A stretch of 64,000 bases of DNA from the human T2T-CHM13v2.0 reference genome, Homo sapiens: assembly GCF_009914755.1 (NCBI RefSeq), contig NC_060942.1; one strand, written 5' to 3'. Below, piece by piece: positions 12,952 to 25,838 of the stretch. How positions within the stretch are numbered: the stretch's first letter is position 1; every line of letters starts with the position of its first letter. The notes under the pieces are model-generated. The model was not told the DNA's origin and did not search any database. It saw nothing but the letters and a program-made list of their open reading frames with translations. Position numbers and translations under genes: made by a program.

Positions 12952-15900
12952 TATTCTCAGAAACTTACTCGTGATGTGTGTCCTCAACTAAAGGAGTAGA
13001 ACCTTTCTTTTCATAGAGAAGTTTTGAAACGCTCTTTTTGTGGAATCTGCAAGTGGATATTTGGCTAGTTTTGAGGATTTCGTTGGAAGCGGGAATTCAT
13101 ACAAATTGCAGACTGCAGCGTTCTGAGAAACATCTTTGTGATGTTTGTATTCAGGACACAGAGTTGAACGTTCCCTATCATAGAGCAGGTTTGAATCACT
13201 CCTTTTGTAGTATCTGGAAGTGGACATTTGGAGCGCTTTCCGGCCTCAGGTGAAAAAGGAAATATCTTCCCATAAAAACTAGACAGAAGCATTCTCAGAA
13301 ACTTACTCGTGATGTGTGTCCTCAACTAAAGGGGTAGAACCTTTCTTTTGATAGAGCAGTTTTGAAACACTCTTTTTGTAGAATCTGCAAGTGGATATTT
13401 CGATAGCTTTGTGGATTTCGTTGGAAACGGGAATATCTTCATATAAAATCTAGAGAGAAGTATTATCAGAAACTTCCTTGTGATGGTTGCATTCAAGTCA
13501 CAGAGTTGAACATTCGCTTTCATAGAGCATGTTTGAAACACTCTTTTTCCATTACCTGGAAGTGGACTTTTGGAGCGCTTTGAGGCCTATGGTGAAAAAG
13601 GAAATATCTTCCCAAAAAAACTAGACAGAAGCATTCTCAGAAACTTATTTGTGATGTGTGTCCTCAACTGACAGAGTTGAACATTTCTTTTGAGAGAGCA
13701 GTTTTGAAACACTCTTTTTGTGGAATCTGCAAGTGGATATTTGGCTGGCTTTGAGGATTTCGTTGGAAACGGGAATACATATAAAAAGCAGACAGCAGCG
13801 TTCTGAGAAACTTCTTGGTGATGTTTGCATTCAAGTCACAGAATTGAACATTCCCTTTGATAGAACAGGTTTGAAACACTCCTTTTCTCATATCTGGAAG
13901 TGTCCATTCGGAGCGCATTCAGGCTTGTGTTGAAAAAGGATATATCTTCCCATAACAACTAGACAGAAGCATTCTCAGAAACTAGTTTCTGATGTGTGTC
14001 CTCAACTAACACAGTTGAACATTTCTTTAGACAGAACAGTTTTGAAACACTCTTTTTGTGGAATCTGCAAGTGGATATTTGGCTAGATTTGAGCATTTCG
14101 TTGGAAACGGGATTACATATAAAAAGCAGACAGCGGCATTCTCAGAAAGTTCTTTGTGATGATTGCATTCAAGTCACAGAATTGAACATTCCCTTTCACA
14201 GAGCAGGTTTGAAACACTCTTTTTGTAGTGTGTGTAAGCGGACATTTGGAGCGCTTTCCGGCCTAAGGTGAAAAAGGAAATATCTTCCCATAAAAACTAG
14301 ACAGAAGCATTCTCAGAAACTTACTCGTGATGTGTGTACTCAAGTAAAGGAGTAGAAACTTTCTTTTCATAGAGAAGTTTTGAAACGCTCTTTTTGTGGA
14401 ATCTGCAAGTGGATATTTGGCTAGTTTTGAGGATTTCGTTGGAAGCGGGAATTCATACAAATTGCAGACTGCAGCGTTCTGAGAAACATCTTTGTGATGT
14501 TTGTATTCAGGACACAGAGTTGAACATTCCCTATCATAGAGCAGGTTTGAATCACTCCTTTTGTAGTATCTGGAAGTGGACATTTGGAGCGCTTTCAGGT
14601 CTATGTTGGAAAAGGAAATATCTTCCCATAACAAGTAGACAGAAGCATTCTCAGAAACTTATTTGAGATGTGTGTACTCAACTAAGAGAATTGAACCACC
14701 GTTTTGAAGGAGCAGTTTTGAAACACTCTTTTTCTGGAATCTGCAAGTGGATATCTGGCTAGCTTTGGGGATTTCGCTGGAAGCGGGAATACATATAAAA
14801 AGCACACAGCAGCGTTCTGAGAAACTTCTTTCTGATGTTCGCATTCAAGTCAAAAGTTGAACACTCCCTTTCATAGAGCAGTCTTGAAACTCCCCTTTTG
14901 TGGTATCTGGAAGTGGACATTTGGAGTGCTTTCAGGGCTAAGGTGAGAAAGGAAATATCTTCCCATAAAAACTGGACAGAAGCATTCTCAGAAACTTGTT
15001 TATGCTGTATCTACTCAGCTAACAAAGTTGAACCTTTCTTTTGATAGAGCAGTTTTGAAATGCTCTTTTTGTGGAGTCTGCAAATGGATATTTGGTTAGT
15101 TTTGAGGATTTCTTTGGAAGCGGGAATTCATACAAATTGCAGACTGCAGCGTTCTGAGAAACATCTTTGTGATGTTTGTATTCAGGACACAGAGTTGAAC
15201 ATTCCCTATCATAGAGCAGGTTGGAATCACTCCTTTTGTAGTATCTGGAAGTGGACATTTGGAGCGCTTTCAGGCCTATGTTGAAAAAGGAAATATCTTC
15301 CCATAACAAGTAGACACAAGCATTCTCAGAAACTTGTTTGTGATGTGTGCCCTCTACTGACAGAGTTGAACCTTTCTTTTCATAGAGCAGTTTCGAAACA
15401 CTCTTTTTGTAGAATCTGCAAGAGGATATTTGCATAGCTTTGAGGATTTCGTGGGAAACGGGATTGTCTTCAGGTAAAATCTAGACAGAAGCATTCTCAG
15501 AAAATTCTTCGGATGTTTGCATTCAAGTCACAGAGTAGAACATTCCCTTTGGTAGAGCAGGTTTGAAACACTCTTTTTGTAGTATCTGGAAGTGGACATT
15601 TGGAGCGCTTTCAGGCCTATGTTGGAAAGGGAAATATCTTCCCGTAACAACTAGGCAGGAGCATTCTGAGAAACTTATTTGAGATGTGTGTACTGAACTA
15701 AGAGAATTGAACCACCGTTTTGAAGGAGCAGGTTTGAAACACTCTTTTTGTAGTATCTGGAAGTGGACATTTGGAGCGCTTTCAGGCCTATGTTGGAAAG
15801 GGAAATATCTTCCCGTAACAACTAGGCAGAAGCATTCTCAGAAACTTATTTGAGATGTGTGTACTCAACTAAGAGAATTGAACCACCGTTTTGAAGGAGC

Positions 15901-18900
15901 AGTTTTGAAACACTCTTTTTCTGGAATCTGCAAGAGGATATTTGCATAGATTTGAGGATTTCGTTGGAAACGGGATTGTCTTCAGATCCAATCTAGACAG
16001 AAGCATTCTCAGAAACTTCTTTGGGATGTTTGCTTTCAAGTCACAGAGTAGAACATTCCCTTTGGTAGAGCAGGTTTTAAACACTCTTTTTTTAGTATAT
16101 GGAAGTGGACATTTGGAGCGCTTTCAGGCCTACGTTGGAAAAGGAAATATCTTCCCATAACAACTAGACAGAAGCATTCTCAGAAACTAGTTTCTGATGT
16201 GTGTCCTCAACTAACACAGTTGAACATTTCTTTAGACAGAACAGTTTTGAAACACTCTCTTTGTGGAATCTGCAAGTGGATATTTGGCTAGATTTGAGGA
16301 TTTCGTTGGAAACGGGATTACATATAAAAAGCAGACAGCAGCATTCTCAGAAACTTCTTTGTGATGATTGCATTCAAGTCACAGAATTGAACATTCCCTT
16401 TCACAGAGCAGGTTTGAAACACTCTTTTTGTAGTGTGTGTAAGTGGACATTTGGAACGCTTTCCGGCCTAAGGTGAACAAGGAAATATCTTCCCATAAAA
16501 ACTAGACAGAAGTATTCTCAGAAACTTACTCGTGATGTGTGTCCTCAACTAAAGGAGTAGAACCTTTCTTTTCATAGAGAAGTTTTGAAACGCTCTTTTT
16601 GTGGAATCTGCAAGTGGATATTTGGCTAGTTTTGAGGATTTCGTTGGAAGCGGGAATTCATACAAATTGCAGACTGCAGCGTTCTGAGAAACATCTTTGT
16701 GATGTTTGTATTCAGGACACAGAGTTGAACGTTCCCTATCATAGAGCAGGTTTGAATCACTCCTTTTGTAGTATCTGGAAGTGGACATTTGGAGCGCTTT
16801 CCGGCCTCAGGTGAAAAAGGAAATATCTTCCCATAAAAACTAGACAGAAGCATTCTCAGAAACTTACTCGTGATGTGTGTCCTCAACTAAAGGGGTAGAA
16901 CCTTTCTTTTGATAGAGCAGTTTTGAAACAATCTTTTTGTAGAATCTGCAAGTGGATATTTCGATAGCTTTGTGGATTTCGTTGGAAACGGGAATATCTT
17001 CATATAAAATCTAGAGAGAAATATTATCAGAAACTTCCTTGTGATGGTTGCATTCAAGTCACAGAGTTGAACATTCGCTTTCATAGAGCATGTTTGAAAC
17101 ACTCTTTTTCCATTACCTGGAAGTGGACTTTTGGAGCGCTTTGAGGCCTATGGTGAAAAAGGAAATATCTTCCCAAAAAAACTAGACAGAAGCATTCTCA
17201 GAAACTTATTTGTGATGTGTGTCCTCAACTGACAGAGTTGAACATTTCTTTTGAGAGAGCAGTTTTGAAACACTCTTTTTGTGGAATCTGCAAGTGGATA
17301 TTTGGCTGGCTTTGAGGATTTCGTTGGAAACGGGAATACATATAAAAAGCAGACAGCAGCGTTCTGAGAAACTTCTTGGTGATGTTTGCATTCAAGTCAC
17401 AGAATTGAACATTCCCTTTGATAGAACAGGTTTGAAACACTCCTTTTCTCATATCTGGAAGTGTCCATTCGGAGCGCATTCAGGCTTGTGTTGAAAAAGG
17501 ATATATCTTCCCATAACAACTAGACAGAAGCATTCTCAGAAACTAGTTTCTGATGTGTGTCCTCAACTAACACAGTTGAACATTTCTTTAGACAGAACAG
17601 TTTTGAAACACTCTTTTTGTGGAATCTGCAAGTGGATATTTGGCTAGATTTGAGCATTTCGTTGGAAACGGGATTACATATAAAAAGCAGACAGCGGCAT
17701 TCTCAGACAGTTCTTTGTGATGATTGCATTCAAGTCACAGAATTGAACATTCCCTTTCACAGAGCAGGTTTGAAACACTCTTTTTGTAGTGTGTGTAAGT
17801 GGACATTTGGAGCGCTTTCCGGCCTAAGGTGAACAAGGAAATATCTTCCCATAAAAACTAGACAGAAGCATTCTCAGAAACTTACTCGTGATGTGTGTAC
17901 TCAAGTAAAGGAGTAGAAACTTTCTTTTCATAGAGAAGTTTTGAAACGCTCTTTTTGTGGAATCTGCAAGTGGATATTTGGCTAGTTTTGAGGATTTCGT
18001 TGGAAGCGGGAATTCATACAAATTGCAGACTGCAGCGTTCTGAGAAACATCTTTGTGATGTTTGTATTCAGGACACAGAGTTGAACATTCCCTATCATAG
18101 AGCAGGTTTGAATCACTCCTTTTGTAGTATCTGGAAGTGGACATTTGGAGCGCTTTCAGGCCTATGTTGGAAAAGGAAATATCTTCCCATAACAAGTAGA
18201 CAGAAGCATTCTCAGAAACTTATTTGAGATGTGTGTACTCAACTAAGAGAATTGAACCACCGTTTTGAAGGAGCAGTTTTGAAACACTCTTTTTCTGGAA
18301 TCTGCAAGTGGATATCTGGCTAGCTTTGGGGATTTCGCTGGAAGCGGGAATACATATAAAAAGCACACAGCAGCGTTCTGAGAAACTTCTTTCTGATGTT
18401 CGCATTCAAGTCAAAAGTTGAACACTCCCTTTCATAGAGCAGTCTTGAAACTCCCCTTTTGTGGTATCTGGAAGTGGACATTTGGAGTGCTTTCAGGGCT
18501 AAGGTGAGAAAGGAAATATCTTCCCATAAAAACTGGACAGAAGCATTCTCAGAAACTTGTTTATGCTGTATCTACTCAGCTAACAAAGTTGAACCTTTCT
18601 TTTGATAGAGCAGTTTTGAAATGCTCTTTTTGTGGAGTCTGCAAGTGGATATTTGGTTACTTTTGAGGATTTCGTTGGAAGCGGGAATTCATACAAATTG
18701 CAGACTGCAGCGTTCTGAGAAACATCTTTGTGATGTTTGTATTCAGGACACAGAGTTGAACATTCCCTATCATAGAGCAGGTTGGAATCACTCCTTTTGT
18801 AATATCTGGAAGTGGCCATTTCGAGCGCTTTCAGGCCTATGTTGAAAAAGGAAATATCTTCCCATAACAAGTAGACACAAGCATTCTCAGAAACTTGTTT

Positions 18901-21900
18901 GTGATGTGTGCCCTCTACTGACAGAGTTGAACCTTGCTTTTCATAGAGCAGTTTCGAAACACTCTTTTTGTAGAATCTGCAAGAGGATATTTGCATAGCT
19001 TTGAGGATTTCTTGGGAAACGGGATTCTCTTCAGGTAAAATCTAGACAGAAGCATTCTCAGAAAATTCTTCGGGCTGTTTGCATTCAAGTCACAGAGTAG
19101 AACATTCCCTTTGGTAGAGCAGGTTTGAAACACTCTTTTTGTAGTATCTGGAAGTGGACATTTGGAGCGCTTTCAGGCCTATGTTGGAAAGGGAAATATC
19201 TTCCCGTAACAACTAGGCAGAAGCATTCTCAGAAACTTATTTGAGATGTGTGTACTGAACTAAGAGAATTGAACCACCCTTTTGAAGGAGCAGGTTTGAA
19301 AAACTCTTTTTGTAGTATCTGGAAGTGGACATTTGGAGCGCTTTCAGGCCTATGTTGGAAAGGGAAATATCTTCCCGTAACAACTAGGCAGAAGCATTCT
19401 CAGAAACTTATTTGAGATGTGTGTACTCAACTAAGAGAATTGAACCACCGTTTTGAAGGAGCAGTTTTGAAACACTCTTTTTCTGGAATCTGCAAGAGGA
19501 TATTTGCATAGATTTGAGGATTTCGTTGGAAACGGGATTGTCTTCAGATCCAATCTAGACAGAAGCATTCTCAGAAACTTCTTTGGTATGTTTGCATTCA
19601 AGTCACAGAGTAGAACATTCCCTTTGGTAGAGCAGGTTTGAAACACTCTTTTTTTAGTATATGGAAGTGGACATTTGGAGCGCTTTCAGGCCTACGTTGG
19701 AAAAGGAAATATCTTCCCATAACAACTAGACAGAAGCATTCTCAGAAACTAGTTTCTGATGTGTGTCCTCAACTAACACAGTTGAACATTTCTTTAGACA
19801 GAACAGTTTTGAAACACTCTCTTTGTGGAATCTGCAAGTGGATATTTGGCTAGATTTGAGGATTTCGTTGGAAACGGGATTACATATAAAAAGCAGACAG
19901 CAGCATTCTCAGAAACTTCTTTGTGATGATTGCATTCAAGTCACAGAATTGAACATTCCCTTTCACAGAGCAGGTTTGAAACACTCTTTTTGTAGTGTGT
20001 GTAAGTGGACATTTGGAGCGGTTTCCGGCCTAAGGTGAACAAGGAAATATCTTCCCATAAAAACTAGACAGAAGTATTCTCAGAAACTTACTCGTGATGT
20101 GTGTCCTCAACTAAAGGAGTAGAACCTTTCTTTTCATAGAGAAGTTTTGAAACGCTCTTTTTGTGGAATCTGCAAGTGGATATTTGGCTAGTTTTGAGGA
20201 TTTCGTTGGAAGCGGGAATTCATACAAATTGCAGACTGCAGCGTTCTGAGAAACATCTTTGTGATGTTTGTATTCAGGACACAGAGTTGAACGTTCCCTA
20301 TCATAGAGCAGGTTTGAATCACTCCTTTTGTAGTATCTGGAAGTGGACATTTGGAGCGCTTTCCGGCCTCAGGTGAAAAAGGAAATATCTTCCCATAAAA
20401 ACTAGACAGAAGCATTCTCAGAAACTTACTCGTGATGTGTGTCCTCAACTAAAGGGGTAAAACCTTTCTTTTGATAGAGCAGTTTTGAAACACTCTTTTT
20501 GTAGAATCTGCAAGTGGATATTTCGATAGCTTTGTGGATTTCGTCGGAAACGGGAATATCTTCATATAAAATCTAGAGAGAAGTATTATCAGAAACTTCC
20601 TTGTGATGGTTGCATTCAAGTCACAGAGTTGAACATTCGCTTTCATAGAGCATGTTTGAAACACTCTTTTTCCATTACCTGGAAGTGGACATTTGGAGCG
20701 CTTTGAGGCCTATGGTGAAAAAGGAAATATCTTCCCAAAAAAACTAGACAGAAGCATTCTCAGAAACTTATTTGTGATGTGTGTCCTCAACTGACAGAGT
20801 TGAACATTTCTTTTGAGAGAGCAGTTTTGAAACACTCTTTTTGTGGAATCTGCAAGTGGATATTTGGCTGGCTTTGAGGATTTCGTTGGAAAAGGGAATA
20901 CATATAAAAAGCAGACAGCAGCGTTCTGAGAAACTTCTTGGTGATGTTTGCATTCAAGTCACAGAATTGAACATTCCCTTTGATGGAACAGGTTTGAAAC
21001 ACTCCTTTTCTCATATCTGGAAGTGTCCATTCGGAGCGCATTCAGGCTTGTGTTGAAAAAGGATATATCTTCCCATAACAACTAGACAGAAGCATTCTCA
21101 GAAACTAGTTTCTGATGTGTGTCGTCAACTAACACAGTTGAACATTTCTTTAGACAGAACAGTTTTGAAACACTCTTTTTGTGGAATTTGCAAGTGGATA
21201 TTTGGCTAGATTTGAGCATTTCGTTGGAAACGGGATTACATATAAAAAGCAGACAGCGGCATTCTCAGAATGTTCTTTGTGATGATTGCATTCAAGTCAC
21301 AGAATTGAACATTCCCTTTCACAGAGCAGGTTTGAAACACTCTTTTTGTAGTGTGTGTAAGTGGACATTTGGAGCGCTTTCCGGCCTAAGGTGAACAAGG
21401 AAATATCTTCCCATAAAAACTAGACAGAAGCATTCTCAGAAACTTACTCGTGATGTGTGTACTCAAGTAAAGGAGTAGAAACTTTCTTTTCATAGAGAAG
21501 TTTTGAAACGCTCTTTTTGTGGAATCTGCAAGTGGATATTTGGCTAGTTTTGAGGATTTCGTTGGAAGCGGGAATTCATACAAATTGCAGACTGCAGCGT
21601 TCTGAGAAACATCTTTGTGATGTTTGTATTCAGGACACAGAGTTGAACATTCCCTATCATAGAGCAGGTTTGAATCACTCCTTTTGTAGTATCTGGAAGT
21701 GGACATTTGGAGCGCTTTCAGGCCTATGTTGGAAAAGGAAATATCTTCCCATAACAAATAGACAGAAGCATTCTCAGAAACTTATTTGAGATGTGTGTAC
21801 TCAACTAAGAGAATTGAACCACCGTTTTGAAGGAGCAGTTTTGAAACACTCTTTGTCTGGAATCTGCAAGTGGATATCTGGCTAGCTTTGGGGATTTCGC

Positions 21901-23636
21901 TGGAAGCGGGAATACATATAAAAAGCACACCGCAGCGTTCTGAGAAACTTCTTTCTGATGTTCGCATTCAAGTCAAAAGTTGAACACTCCCTTTCGTAGA
22001 GCAGTCTTGAAACTCCCCTTTTGTGGTATCTGGAAGTGGACATTTGGAGTGCTTTCAGGGCTAAGGTGAAAAAGGAAATATCTTCCCATAAAAACTGGAC
22101 AGAAGCATTCTCAGAAACTTGTTTATGCTGTATCTACTCAGCTAACAAAGTTGAACCTTTCTTTTGATAGAGCAGTTTTGAAATGCTCTTTTTGTGGAGT
22201 CTGCAAGTGGATATTTGGCTAGTTTTGAGGATTTCGTTGGAAGCGGGAATTCATACAAATTGCAGACTGCAGCGTTCTGAGAAACATCTTTGTGATGTTT
22301 GTATTCAGGACACAGAGTTGAACATTCCCTATCATAGAGCAGGTTGGAATCACTCCTTTTGTAGTATCTGGAAGTGGCCATTTCGAGCGCTTTCAGGCCT
22401 ATGTTGAAAAAGGAAATATCTTCCCATAACAAGTAGACACAAGCATTCTCAGAAACTTGTTTGTGATGTGTGCCCTCTACTGACAGAGTTGAACCTTTCT
22501 TTTCATAGAGCAGTTTCGAAACACTCTTTTTGTAGAATCTGCAAGAGGATATTTGCATAGCTTTGAGGATTTCGTGGGAAACGGGATTGTCTTCAGGTAA
22601 AATCTAGACAGAAGCATTCTCAGAAAATTCTTCGGGATGTTTGCATTCAAGTCACAGAGTAGAACATTCCCTTTGGTAGAGCAGGTTTGAAACACTCTTT
22701 TTGTAGTATCTGGAAGTGGACATTTGGAGCGCTTTCAGGCCTATGTTGGAAAGGGAAATATCTTCCCGTAACAACTAGGCAGAAGCATTCTCAGAAACTT
22801 ATTTGAGATGTGTGTACTGAACTAAGAGAATTGAACCACCGTTTTGAAGGAGCAGGTTTGAAACACTCTTTTTGTAGTATCTGGAAGTGGACATTTGGAG
22901 CGCTTTCAGGCCTATGTTGGAAAGGGAAATATCTTCCCGTAACAACTAGGCAGAAGCATTCTCAGAAACTTATTTGAGATGTGTGTACTCAACTAAGAGA
23001 ATTGAACCACCGTTTTGAAGGAGCAGTTTTGAAACACTCTTTTTCTGGAATCTGCAAGAGGATATTTGCATAGATTTGAGGATTTCGTTGGAAACGGGAT
23101 TGTCTTCAGATCCAATCTAGACAGAAGCATTCTCAGAAACTTCTTTGGGATGTTTGCATTCAAGTCACAGAGTAGAACATTCCCTTTGGTAGAGCAGGTT
23201 TGAAACACTCTTTTTTTAGTATATGGAAGTGGACATTTGGAGCGCTTTCAGGCCTACGTTGGAAAAGGAAATATCTTCCCATAACAACTAGACAGAAGCA
23301 TTCTCAGAAACTAGTTTCTGATGTGTGTCCTCAACTAACACAGTTGAACATTTCTTTAGACAGAACAGTTTTGAAACACTCTCTTTGTGGAATCTGCAAG
23401 TGGATATTTGGCTAGATTTGAGGATTTCGATGGAAACGGGATTACATATAAAAAGCAGACAGCAGCATTCTCAGAAACTTCTTTGTGATGATTGCATTCA
23501 AGTCACAGAATTGAACATTCCCTTTCACAGAGCAGGTTTGAAACACTCTTTTTGTAGTGTGTGTAAGTGGACATTTGGAGCGCTTTCCGGCCTAAGGTGA
23601 AAAAGGACATATCTTCCCATAAAAACTAGACAGAAG
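12952..23636 (+). repeat. Three 21-mer HOR copies (12952-16512 with a 1-bp deletion near 15511; 16513-20074; 20075-23636)
   Basis: Periods 3561, 3562, 3562; ttcttcggatg vs usual ttcttcgggatg near 15511. Confidence 0.93.
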
Positions 23637-25838
23637 CATTCTCAGAAACTTACTCGTGATGTGTGTACTCAACTAAAGTAGTAGAACCTTTCTTTTCATA
23701 GAGAAGTTTTGAAACGCTCTTTTTGTGGAATCTGCAAGTGGATATTTGGCTAGTTTTGAGGATTTCGTTGGAAGCGGGAATTCATCCAAATTGCAGACTG
23801 CAGCGTTCTGAGAAACATCTTTGTGATGTTTGTATTCAGGACACAGAGTTGAACATTCCCTATCATAGAGCAGGTTTGAATCACTCCTTTTGTAGTATCT
23901 GGAAGTGTCCATTTGGAGCCCTTTCAGGCCTATGTTGGAAAAGGAAATATCTTCCCATAACAAATAGACAGAAGCATTCTCAGAAACTTATTTGAGATGT
24001 GTGTACTCAACTAAGAGAATTGAACCACCGTTTTGAAGGAGCAGTTTTGAAACACTCTTTTTCTGGAAGCTGCAAGTGGCTATTTGGCTAGCTTTGGGGA
24101 TTTCGCTGGAAGCGGGAATACATATAAAAAGCACACAGCAGGGTTCTGAGAAACTTCTTTCTGATGTTCGCATTCAAGTCAAAAGTTGAACACTCCCTTT
24201 CATAGAGCAGTCTTGAAACTCCCCTTTTGTGGTATCTGGAAGTGGACATTTGGAGTGCTTTCAGGGCTAAGGTGAAAAAGGAAATATCTTCCCATAAAAA
24301 CTGGACAGAAGCATTCTCAGAAACTTGTTTATGCTGTATCTACTCAGCTAACAAAGTTGAACCTTTCTTTTGATAGAGCAGTTTTGAAATGCTCTTTTTG
24401 TGGAGTCTGCAAGTGGATATTTGGTTAGTTTTGAGGATTTCGTTGGAAGGGGGAATTCATACAAATTGCAGACTGCAGCGTTCTGAGAAACATCTTTGTG
24501 ATGTTTGTATTCAAGACACAGAGTTGAACATTCCCTATCATAGAGCAGGTTGGAATCACTCCTTTTGTAGTATCTGGAAGTGGACATTTGGAGCGCTTTC
24601 AGGCCTATGTTTAAAAAGGAAATATCTTCCCATAACAAGTAGACACAAGCATTCTCAGAAACTTGTTTGTGATGTGTGCCCTCTACTGACAGAGTTGAAC
24701 CATTCTTTTCATAGAGCAGTTTCGAAACACTCTTTTTGTAGAATCTGCAAGAGGATATTTGCATAGCTTTGAGGATTTCGTGGGAAACGGGATTGTCTTC
24801 AGGTAAAATCTAGACAGAAGCATTCTCAGAAAATTCTTCGGGATGTTTGCATTCAAGTCACAGAGTAGAACATTCCCTTTGGTAGAGCAGGTTTGAAACA
24901 CTCTTTTTGTAGTATCTGGAAGTGGACATTTGGAGCGCTTTCAGGCCTATGTTGGAAAGGGAAATATCTTCCCGTAACAACTAGGCAGAAGCATTCTCAG
25001 AAACTTATTTGAGATGTGTGTACTGAACTAAGAGAATTGAACCACCGTTTTGAAGGAGCAGGTTTGAAACACTCTTTTTGTAGTATCTGGAAGTGGACAT
25101 TTGGAGCGCTTTCAGGCCTATGTTGGAAAGGGAAATATCTTCCCGTAACAACTAGGCAGAAGCATTCTCAGAAACTTATTTGAGATGTGTGTACTCAACT
25201 AAGAGAATTGAACCACCGTTTTGAAGGAGCAGTTTTGAAACACTCTTTTTCTGGAATCTGCAAGAGGATATTTGCATAGATTTGAGGATTTCGTTGGAAA
25301 CGGGATTGTCTTCAGATCCAATCTAGACAGAAGCATTCTCAGAAACTTCTTTGGGATGTTTGCATTCAAGTCACAGAGTAGAACATTCCCTTTGGTAGAG
25401 CAGGTTTGAAACACTCTTTTTTTAGTATATGGAAGTGGACATTTGGAGCGCTTTCAGGCCTACGTTGGAAAAGGAAATATCTTCCCATAACAAATAGAAG
25501 CATTCTCAGAAACTAGTTTCTGATGTGTGTCCTCAACTAACACAGTTGAACATTTCTTTAGACAGAACAGTTTTGAAACACTCTCTTTGTGGAATCTGCA
25601 AGTGGATATTTGGCTAGATTTGAGGATTTCGTTGGAAACGGGATTACATATAAAAAGCAGACAGCAGCATTCTCAGAAACTTCTTTGTGATGATTGCATT
25701 CAAGTCACAGAATTGAACATTCCCTTTCACAGAGCAGGTTTGAAACACTCTTTTTGTAGTGTGTGTAAGTGGACATTTGGAGCGCTTTCCGGCCTAAGGT
25801 GAACAAGGAAATATCTTCCCATAAAAACTAGACAGAAG
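23637..25838 (+). repeat. 13-mer HOR variant with a 4-bp deletion (2202 bp)
   Basis: caaatagaagcattc at ~25491-25505 vs usual caactagacagaagcattc. Confidence 0.9.
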
